From Acidobacteria bacterium RBG_13_68_16 (GTDB lineage: Bacteria; Acidobacteriota; Thermoanaerobaculia; Thermoanaerobaculales; Thermoanaerobaculaceae): DNA of 64,000 bases. The DNA lies in assembly GCA_001766905.1 (NCBI GenBank), contig MEKI01000137.1, positions 30,319-94,318 of the forward strand. Reading direction: 5' to 3'. Both the position numbers and the translations under genes were made by a program. Below are positions 47,771-54,956 of this stretch, piece by piece. Under the pieces are notes generated by a model. That model was not told where the DNA came from. It made no database searches and was given only the letters and a program-made list of their open reading frames with translations. Every line of letters starts with the position of its first letter. Position 1 is the stretch's first letter.

Positions 47771-47780
47771 GCTGTATGCC

Positions 47781-48986
47781 CTACCCGATTGCGCGCGAAC
47801 GCGCCGCTCCCACCGGGCTGCCCAACACCCTGAGCATCTCTTGCTGGAAGCGAGCCTTGGAGAAGCGCTGCGCCGTCGCGCTGACGCGCCGCGGGTCGAA
47901 CCGTCGAAAGTTGAACGCCGTCAGGGCGGCCGCCAGCGTGTCGGTCTCCTGTCGGTCGAAGAAGACGCCGTTGACTCCTTCCTGGACGATATCGAGCGCC
48001 CCACCCGCTCGGTAGGCGATGACGGGCGTGCCACACGCGACCGCCTCGGCGGCGACGAGGCCAAAATCCTCGACCTGAGGGAAGATCAAGCCCCTCGCTT
48101 CGCGGTACAGGCGGGGCAACTGGGTCTCCTCGACCCAACCAAGGAACTCGACCGTGGGACCGGCCAGGCGCTGCAGGCGCTTGCGCTCACGGCCCACCCC
48201 CGCGATCTTGAGGGGGAGGCCCAACCGGGTGCAGGCCTCGATGCCGAGGTCGAAGCGCTTGTAGGGGAGGAGTCTTCCGACCATGAGGAAGTAGCCGTCT
48301 AACGTCGACCTGGCCCCGGTGCCGTTAACGCAGTACGTCTCGGTGTCAACGGGTGGAAAGACGACGGCGTCCGGCTGGCGGCCGTAGATCTCGCGAATAC
48401 GGCCGGCGATGTGAGTGGACACCGCAAGGAGTGTGGTGGGGCGCAGCGCAGCTTTGCGGTCCCACCGTCGCATCACGCGGAAGAGCGCCTCGCCCACCGC
48501 GGTGACTGGTGGGCTGGCCAGGAAGCCGTTGACGTACTTGGTCACGTCCTCCCAGAGGTAGCGTGTTGGCGTGTAGCAGTAGCAGACGTGGGGGACGTGG
48601 GGCGGCGGGACGACCCCCTTCGAGTACGAAGCGCTCGACGAGAGCACCAGGTCGAACCCGGAGAAGTCGAAGCGCTCGACCGCTCCGGGAAAGCTCCAGA
48701 AGAACAGGTGGTGGTGGTTGCCTATCCGCTTGCCTGCCACGGGGAGGCGGCTCAGAAAGGAGGTGCGCACATCCTTAGAACGGAAACGTCCTCGGGTACG
48801 GCCCTCGTCGTAGAACAGGCTGAAGATCGGTGAGCGAGGGAACATCTCGCAGAGCACTTCGAGAACGCGCTCGGCGCCGCCGTACTGCACGAGGAAATCG
48901 TGGGCGATGGCGATCCGCAGCGGGAGGTTGCGGTCCCTGGGGCGGGGTTCGGTGATGACCGGCACGTGCGCTCGCGCGGCTGGCAT
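47781..48986 (-). CDS. GT4-family (GT-B) glycosyltransferase; first gene of the nine-gene operon
   Basis: RIAIAHDFLVQYGGAERVLEVLCEMFP N-terminus and a C-terminal LKIAGVGRERKRL...EDFGLVAAEAVACGTPVIA (E-x7-E-type region). Confidence 0.85.
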   Translation of the reverse strand: MPAARAHVPVITEPRPRDRNLPLRIAIAHDFLVQYGGAERVLEVLCEMFPRSPIFSLFYDEGRTRGRFRSKDVRTSFLSRLPVAGKRIGNHHHLFFWSFPGAVERFDFSGFDLVLSSSASYSKGVVPPPHVPHVCYCYTPTRYLWEDVTKYVNGFLASPPVTAVGEALFRVMRRWDRKAALRPTTLLAVSTHIAGRIREIYGRQPDAVVFPPVDTETYCVNGTGARSTLDGYFLMVGRLLPYKRFDLGIEACTRLGLPLKIAGVGRERKRLQRLAGPTVEFLGWVEETQLPRLYREARGLIFPQVEDFGLVAAEAVACGTPVIAYRAGGALDIVQEGVNGVFFDRQETDTLAAALTAFNFRRFDPRRVSATAQRFSKARFQQEMLRVLGSPVGAARSRAIG

Positions 48987-49105
48987 GTACTCCGCAACCC
49001 GGTTTGGCCGCCGGAAATGCCAGCCTAGAGGATGGCAACTGGCTGGTCAGGCGCAGGTTATTGCCATCGAAATGAGACTCATCGGGGCAAAGGTATTCGG
49101 GGTGT

Positions 49106-49124
49106 CACGGCCCCAGGGGCCGTG
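49106..49124 (-). terminator. GC-rich hairpin downstream of the outer-membrane operon (possible terminator)
   Basis: CACGGCCCC-A-GGGGCCGTG is a perfect 9-nt inverted repeat about 45 nt past the stop at 49170. No U-tract follows on the minus strand, so it is not a canonical intrinsic terminator. Confidence 0.3.
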
Positions 49125-49169
49125 GCACGCGGCCGGTCGAGCGGGCGCAGGAACCGGCCTCAAGCCCTC

Positions 49170-52004
49170 CTAGAACTGGAACCCGACCCAGAACGAGGTC
49201 TGGGCACCTCTGCTGATAGTGTGCTTGAAGTCCCACTGCTTCGAGAAGTCCCAGTTGACCGGCAGGCCGAACAGGTAGAGCGACATTCCGAACCCATACG
49301 ACGACACGCAGTCCTGGAGCCTGCCATCACTCATACAGGTGAAGTCCTGCTTGTAGCCTGGCACGTCGAAGTAGGCGCCGCCCACGTCCAGGAAGAAACG
49401 GCCGCGCACCTCGGCGAGTTGCAGCCACGGCAGGATCAGCCGGTCGATGAGCGGGAAGCGCCACTCCGCGTTGAGGTAGGCCGCGCGGTTGCCGACCAGG
49501 GTGTTGTAGTCGAAGCCCCGAAGCGTGTCGAGGCCCCCGAAGTAGTTGATGTTGGGGCGGTCACCGTTGGCCAGCGTGGCGTACAGGCGCAGGGCGAGCT
49601 CGTTGCGGCGCGACAGCGGGAGGTACTGACGCCCGTCGAAGGTGACGTCCCGTGAGAGCGTACCCCCGCCGGTGTTGAATGCGTTGCTCAGGGTCAGCTG
49701 GTAGCGGCGCCCGGCGTGGGGGCCGTAGCTCTGCCAGGACACCGTGTCTCCAGTAAAGGAGGCTTGCACGAAGGGGACCTTGTCCTCCACGTCGACGAAC
49801 GCCAGCCCGAACTCCGTCTGAACCGGGTACGCCGCGCTTCGGTCGATGTAGCCCACCGCGCCCCCGACGCGGTGGTAGAGGGAAAGCGGGTACTGGGCGA
49901 ACGCGGCAACGCCGGTCTCCCGATAGACCCGCTGTCGCAACACGTTGCCCTCGAGCGAGGCCCCGTAGACGTAGTACTGGCGGTTGTCGAAGACAGTTGC
50001 CCCCCACTGCATGCGCTTCGCGAGTTCAAGGTAAGTGAACTGGAAGTTGGAGAACCCGCTCACCGATTCGAGCAGCAGGTCGAAGCGACGGTCGCCGTAC
50101 TGGTCGGCAAAGGAAAGGTAGGTCTGGGAGACCAGCGTGTTGTCGCTATTGACGCCGACGAGCACCTGGGCGCCATCGATGAACAGCTGGCGCTTCTTGA
50201 CCGCCTCGATCTTGTCCTTGCTGACGGTCACGGTCACCGCCGGCACGTACGGCTGGCGCTCCTTCACCTCCTGGGGTGCCTCCTCCTTACCAGCGGGCTT
50301 GCCCTCGACCGGGTCGGTCTCGTAGAGCCAGAAGTGGCCCTTCGTGTAGGCCTGGTAGACGACCCGTTCGCCGTCGCGGGTCGGCACCGCCACGGGGTTG
50401 GTGGCTGCGCCGACGACTCTGGTCAGGCGGGTGAGATCGTGGGTGTCGAGGGCGAGCATGTAAACGTCGTAGATGCCGCCGTCGCGGTCGGAGGTGAAGA
50501 AGATGTGCTTGCCGTCGCGGGAGAAAGAGCTTCCCTCGTCGTTCCCGGCGGCGAAGGTGAGCTGCTGGCGTTCGGTCGGGTTGGTCAGAGAGATCTCGAA
50601 AAGCTTGGCGTTCTCTGCGGTCTGGGAGCTGTAGACGATGCGCTTCCCATCGGGCGTGAACACCGGGTCGGAGTCGTACGCTTCGTCGTTGGTGAGGTTG
50701 GTGAGCTTGTCGGTTGCGAGGTCCAGCAGGTAGATGTCGGAGTGACCCCCGGCGTAGGCGTGGAAGGCGATGGTCGTCCCGTCAGGCGAGTAGGCGGGTT
50801 GCATCGCTTGGTCCACGTCGACCGGGATCGTGCGTTCGATGCCGCCGGAAAGCGCGTTGAAGAACACGAGCATACGCCCGCGCTCGTGACGGGCGAAGGC
50901 TGCCACGCGATCGCCGTTGGGCGAGAACGCCAGGTCACGTCCGCGGTCGGGCCCGACGGTGAGCATCTGCGCGACCAGGTACTGGTAATCGGTGGTCTCG
51001 CGCGGGGTGAGGGTACGGAAAAGACTGCGGTCCGGGACCCCGAGTAGCACGATGTCTATGTTCTCCCTGTAGGTGGAGAAGGCGGCAATCAGGTCGCCGG
51101 AAGGCGACGCGATGGGCGAGGTTTCGTACGAGCGTGTGCCCTCCGGTCCAGCGATCCTGAACTCCCGGCCGAACTCTCGCGGATCTGCGCGGTCGGCAAT
51201 GGTGGGCTGGTAAAACTTGCGCAGCCACGCGCGGAAGCGGGCGTCGAACTCGTCGGGTTCGATGTCGAAGGCCCTTTTGAGGGCCTTCGCGACCCCGCTG
51301 CCGAGGGTGTTGCGGAACTCGTATATGAAGTCGCGGAGACCATCCTGGCCCCACTCCGCCTCGACGAATTGGAAGACCATGTGCCCGAAGCGGTACGCAG
51401 CGTACCCTTGGATGTCGACCATGACCGAGGGCACACGATCAGAGGCCACGGCGTCGCGCATGACGGCCTTGGCCATTGCGTCCTCATCGTTGCCAAAGTA
51501 CGACGCCATCCCCTCCATGAACCACTGCGGCGGACTCATCGCAAGCGCCTTGCCCAGCCTCCCCTGGTACATAATCTCGAACTGGAAGACGTGGGTCAGC
51601 TCGTGCTGGATGAGTTGCTGGAGTTGCTGGTCGGGCATGTCCACCGGCAGCACCATGCGGTTGCGGGCGGGTACCGCAAACGCTCCGACGCCCTCCGGGA
51701 TGAACTCGGCGATGACGTTGTTCTGCTCGAATTCCGCGTGGGTGGCGAAGGCAATCAGCGGAATCGGGTCCGGGACCTGGTAGTTGAGCTTGCGGGCGAG
51801 CTCGTCGTAGGCGGACTCGGCGAAAGAGGCGAGCTTGGGCAGGGAAGGCTCGACGTGATCGTAGAAGGAGATCCGGAAGTGCGGTGTCGGGTAGACCTTC
51901 CAGCGAAAGGTGTCGTAGCGGACCTTGTTCTTGCCGAAGTATTGTGCGGCGGCCGAAGACGCGAGCAAGAGCGCCAGCACGGGAACGATCAGACGCAGCT
52001 TCAT
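49170..52004 (-). CDS. 944-aa outer-membrane protein: signal peptide, MA-clan gluzincin-like domain, TolB-like PD40 beta-propeller and Omp85-type beta-barrel (no POTRA)
   Basis: Start revised to ATG 52004 (MKLRLIVPVLALLLASSAAAQ, GGGAGGG RBS). HELTH at 51591..51605 with a downstream WFMEGMASYF. Five PD40-type repeats (SPSGD, SPNGD, SPDGT, TPDGK, SRDGK). The Omp85 loop-6 motif GGLDTLRGFDYN is near 49512..49535. The C-terminus is the aromatic ...FWVGFQF. Confidence 0.85.
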   Translation of the reverse strand: MKLRLIVPVLALLLASSAAAQYFGKNKVRYDTFRWKVYPTPHFRISFYDHVEPSLPKLASFAESAYDELARKLNYQVPDPIPLIAFATHAEFEQNNVIAEFIPEGVGAFAVPARNRMVLPVDMPDQQLQQLIQHELTHVFQFEIMYQGRLGKALAMSPPQWFMEGMASYFGNDEDAMAKAVMRDAVASDRVPSVMVDIQGYAAYRFGHMVFQFVEAEWGQDGLRDFIYEFRNTLGSGVAKALKRAFDIEPDEFDARFRAWLRKFYQPTIADRADPREFGREFRIAGPEGTRSYETSPIASPSGDLIAAFSTYRENIDIVLLGVPDRSLFRTLTPRETTDYQYLVAQMLTVGPDRGRDLAFSPNGDRVAAFARHERGRMLVFFNALSGGIERTIPVDVDQAMQPAYSPDGTTIAFHAYAGGHSDIYLLDLATDKLTNLTNDEAYDSDPVFTPDGKRIVYSSQTAENAKLFEISLTNPTERQQLTFAAGNDEGSSFSRDGKHIFFTSDRDGGIYDVYMLALDTHDLTRLTRVVGAATNPVAVPTRDGERVVYQAYTKGHFWLYETDPVEGKPAGKEEAPQEVKERQPYVPAVTVTVSKDKIEAVKKRQLFIDGAQVLVGVNSDNTLVSQTYLSFADQYGDRRFDLLLESVSGFSNFQFTYLELAKRMQWGATVFDNRQYYVYGASLEGNVLRQRVYRETGVAAFAQYPLSLYHRVGGAVGYIDRSAAYPVQTEFGLAFVDVEDKVPFVQASFTGDTVSWQSYGPHAGRRYQLTLSNAFNTGGGTLSRDVTFDGRQYLPLSRRNELALRLYATLANGDRPNINYFGGLDTLRGFDYNTLVGNRAAYLNAEWRFPLIDRLILPWLQLAEVRGRFFLDVGGAYFDVPGYKQDFTCMSDGRLQDCVSSYGFGMSLYLFGLPVNWDFSKQWDFKHTISRGAQTSFWVGFQF

Positions 52005-52014
52005 CGCGCCCTCC

Positions 52015-52701
52015 CTAGGGTACAAAGAGCATTCGCCTGGTCTTGACGCTGCGGGGGACAAACACGCCAATGATCTGGTTCTCCAGGGCAAAGAGGTTGG
52101 CAAACATGCCGGTGAACTCGTCGAAGTTTCGCTCCGGCTTCTCCTGAAAGTCTTTGAGCGGCTGTTCGAAGACCGGGGCGCCCGTACGGGCGTCGTAGAC
52201 GTTGAGCAGGATGTCGTACGTGAAGCCTGTCTGCTCGACGAGCACCTGACGGTAGAACGTTTGCCCGGTGACGGGAGACTCGTAAGGCTCCATCTTGTAG
52301 GCGGTGCGGTCCTGTACCTCGAAATCGATGGACCCGGCCACGATGTAGTCGGCACCGGTCTGGGTCCCAAGCTCGCGCCAGAAGTCGGAGCTCTTTGCCA
52401 GGCGCAGGGGGTCGGAGGTCGGTGGACGGACGCCCTGGACGGCGGGGAGAAGGATGTACTTGCTCTCCTTGCGGAGCAGCTTGCGGATGTAGCGCTCGAA
52501 CTCTGCGGGGACGTCGAAGGCGAGGTCCGGTGCTTTCTCGTCACCTTTCCGCTCCCGCACGAAAGGGCCGATGTACAGCTTCTCGTGGCCGGTGAAGGCG
52601 ACCTTGGAGCGCACCGGCAGGGAGAGCTGCACGTCGCGCATCCCCCCGACGCACCCGGCGGCAAGGACGCAAATGGTGATGGCCAGTCTAGCGTGGCGCA
52701 T
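52015..52701 (-). CDS. Putative lipoprotein of unknown function (228 aa)
   Basis: MRHARLAITICVLAAGC is a signal peptide ending in a lipobox-like AAGC. The body is soluble and charged. It lies 10 nt upstream of the OMP gene and overlaps the TPR gene by 14 nt. Confidence 0.65.
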   Translation of the reverse strand: MRHARLAITICVLAAGCVGGMRDVQLSLPVRSKVAFTGHEKLYIGPFVRERKGDEKAPDLAFDVPAEFERYIRKLLRKESKYILLPAVQGVRPPTSDPLRLAKSSDFWRELGTQTGADYIVAGSIDFEVQDRTAYKMEPYESPVTGQTFYRQVLVEQTGFTYDILLNVYDARTGAPVFEQPLKDFQEKPERNFDEFTGMFANLFALENQIIGVFVPRSVKTRRMLFVP

Positions 52702-53065
52702 CGGACCCCTCCTTCGGCTTTACGCCCTTGGCGTAGCTGGTGTAGAACTCGGCAAAGCGGGCGTAGTTCTTGCGAATGACGCTGCTCTTGGGGGTGTCCT
52801 GGAGCGCCTGCTTATACGCTGCGAGAGCCTCGTCGTAGCGGCCCAGGGCCTCGAGAGCCACCGCGAGGTTGTTGAGGACCTCTCCGTTCGTGGGGTTCAG
52901 GTTACGAGCGCGCTCGAAGCGGAAGAACGCCTCTTGCCAGTAGCTGCGCTGCGCCGCCCTCACGCCCTCACGCATCTCGACGTGCGCCGCCGCCTGCGGT
53001 TTGCTGCCGCTGGCGCAGGCGCCGGAGATGACTGTAAGTCCCAGAACTGCTACTGCAAGCCGCAT
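52688..53065 (-). CDS. Small TPR-repeat putative lipoprotein (125 aa)
   Basis: MRLAVAVLGLTVISGAC is a signal peptide with a Cys. TPR-like helices follow (WQEAFFRFERARNLNPTNGEVLNNLAVALEALGRYDEALAAYKQAL). Confidence 0.7.
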   Translation of the reverse strand: MRLAVAVLGLTVISGACASGSKPQAAAHVEMREGVRAAQRSYWQEAFFRFERARNLNPTNGEVLNNLAVALEALGRYDEALAAYKQALQDTPKSSVIRKNYARFAEFYTSYAKGVKPKEGSDAPR

Positions 53066-53119
53066 AGTCCCCCCGAAAACGTCCAGTTAGTATAGGCTCA
53101 CACGGAGGAGCGCATTCCC

Positions 53120-54145
53120 ATGTCTCGTCTCGCCTTGGCCTGTGTTGTTGCGCATCCGGAAGGCAGTCGCAGAGCGCGGGAGGTGGGGCGCGCCTTCGTA
53201 GCGGACCCGGATGTCGCGGGCAGCGAAGCCGACGAGATAAGGACCGCGCTCGAGGCCCGGGTGCCGGCCGTGGAGGGCGAGCTTTCCAGACTCGGCTGGC
53301 GCTTCGTTACGCCCGGCGATCCCGCCTTTCCACGGCGTGTCGCCGCCATCGTAGACCCACCCCTCGGCTTGTTCGTGCGCGGGACCCTCCCTGACGGGCA
53401 CGCGGTGGCACTGGTCGGGGCGCGTCGGGCCAGTGCCTACGGCCGCGAGGTGGCGGAATACCTCGGCCGCGAGCTCGCCGCTTCCGGCGTTGCGGTGGTC
53501 TCCGGAATGGCGCGGGGCGTGGACGCGGCCGCACACCGGGGTGCACTCGCGGCGGGCGGACCCACCGCCGGCGTCTGGGGTGCGGGCCCCGACCGGGTTT
53601 ACCCCCCGGAGCACGGAGCGTTGGCCGAGGAGATCGCCGCCCACGGCTGCCTCGTGACCGAGTACCCCCCGGGGTGCGCCCCGCTCGCCCATCACTTCCC
53701 CGAGCGTAACCGGATCATTGCCGGTCTCTCGGAAGCGGTGGTCGTGGTCGAGGCGGACGAGCGCTCCGGGGCGCTCATCACGGCACGCCTTGCGCTCGAG
53801 GAGGGGCGCGAGGTGATGGCGGTGCCTGGTTCTGTGTTCTCGCGTCTCTCGGCCGGGCCGAACGGTCTCCTGCGCGCGGGCGCTGCACCGGTGCTCACCG
53901 CCGACGACGTGCTGGGCGCTCTCGGTCTGCCCCCGCACCCCGCGCGCGTCGACGCTTCTGAGGAGCCCCCACTGCTCGCAATGATCCGGCCAGGGGAGGC
54001 GGTCACGGTAGACCGCCTGGCCGTCGAGAGCGGATTCCCGATCGCACAGGTGCTGGAGGCGCTCCTCGCGCTCGAGCTCGCCGGCCGGGTCTCCAGGCAG
54101 GCTGACGGCAGGTATTGCCGCTCGCACGTCGGCCCCGACTCCTAG
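53120..54145 (+). CDS. dprA: DNA processing protein DprA (Smf)
   Basis: Rossmann-like DprA core (VALVGARRASAYG...VVSGMARGVDAAAHRGAL...ERNRIIAGLS...VVVEADERSGALITA) plus a C-terminal winged-helix-like domain. The start codon is uncertain. Confidence 0.9.
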   Translation: MSRLALACVVAHPEGSRRAREVGRAFVADPDVAGSEADEIRTALEARVPAVEGELSRLGWRFVTPGDPAFPRRVAAIVDPPLGLFVRGTLPDGHAVALVGARRASAYGREVAEYLGRELAASGVAVVSGMARGVDAAAHRGALAAGGPTAGVWGAGPDRVYPPEHGALAEEIAAHGCLVTEYPPGCAPLAHHFPERNRIIAGLSEAVVVVEADERSGALITARLALEEGREVMAVPGSVFSRLSAGPNGLLRAGAAPVLTADDVLGALGLPPHPARVDASEEPPLLAMIRPGEAVTVDRLAVESGFPIAQVLEALLALELAGRVSRQADGRYCRSHVGPDS

Positions 54146-54738
54146 CTCTCGGATCCCAGCCGGAAGGGGATTCGAACGTTGGTCTCTTCCAGGTCGATTT
54201 GCAGCTCGTACGGCCCCGTTTGCACTCCCATCGGGATGTCGAAGTAAAGGCGACCGATCGCCACGTCCTGATCGTTGACCCACACGGATTCCAAGGCGAG
54301 GCCCGACCCTGGGGGCACGAGAAGGTCGAGGCCTTTCGGTCGGCGGCTTGGGTAGTAGTCGAGGGGCTCGCTCGCGACGTCCGCCCTCGCCAGCACGGCG
54401 GCCAGCTTCGGGTAGGCGGCCCCGAATTCCTGCTGGGTCGCCAACGGGATGATCTCGTCGCTGGGGGTGCGGATCGCGATCCTCTCCCGTTTGACCTCCA
54501 CCGAGTTCCGGGTCTCGGCCGTGATGCCGACATCGAGGAACAGCCAGTCCTCACCTGGGTTGGAGTTCGCGAACCGGTAGCTGAGCACGACATCGAGCTC
54601 CGGACCGCGGTAGTGCAGGATCGTGCCGCCGATACGCTCCACCCCCGGGGTCGCGGTCGGCGTGGCGGTGGAACACGCAAGGTTTGTCGTGAGTGCAAGC
54701 GCCAAAACGATCCCCATCGCAAGCCTCGTGGGCTTCAT
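54142..54738 (-). CDS. Secreted protein or possible lipoprotein of unknown function (198 aa)
   Basis: MKPTRLAMGIVLALALTTNLAC is a signal peptide with a Cys. GGAGGA RBS. The body is beta-rich. No family recognised. Confidence 0.6.
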   Translation of the reverse strand: MKPTRLAMGIVLALALTTNLACSTATPTATPGVERIGGTILHYRGPELDVVLSYRFANSNPGEDWLFLDVGITAETRNSVEVKRERIAIRTPSDEIIPLATQQEFGAAYPKLAAVLARADVASEPLDYYPSRRPKGLDLLVPPGSGLALESVWVNDQDVAIGRLYFDIPMGVQTGPYELQIDLEETNVRIPFRLGSES

Positions 54739-54956
54739 TTTTCCTCCAGACCGTCAGGCGACGGCCACACGCACCGGTACGGGTGAGCAAACGCTGTGCC
54801 AATCGTAGCCGAAGAGAGGCGCCTCAGGCGGGTGCCGATACCCGGCCGTGCGACCGATCAGGGGACAGGTTGTGTCCTCACTGAGGGACGGGAACGGAAT
54901 GACCCTGCCAGGCGCCCCCCTTGACATCGCTGCTAGAGTGCAGCCCCGGAGGAAGA

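Noticed and set aside
48987-49169. Spacer upstream of the nine-gene operon, examined for a RiPP-type precursor ORF and for a sigma54 promoter
   Set aside because: The only minus-strand mini-ORF is 11 codons (MSLISMAITCA) with no RBS. The TGGCA...TGC elements have the wrong spacing for a -24/-12 promoter.
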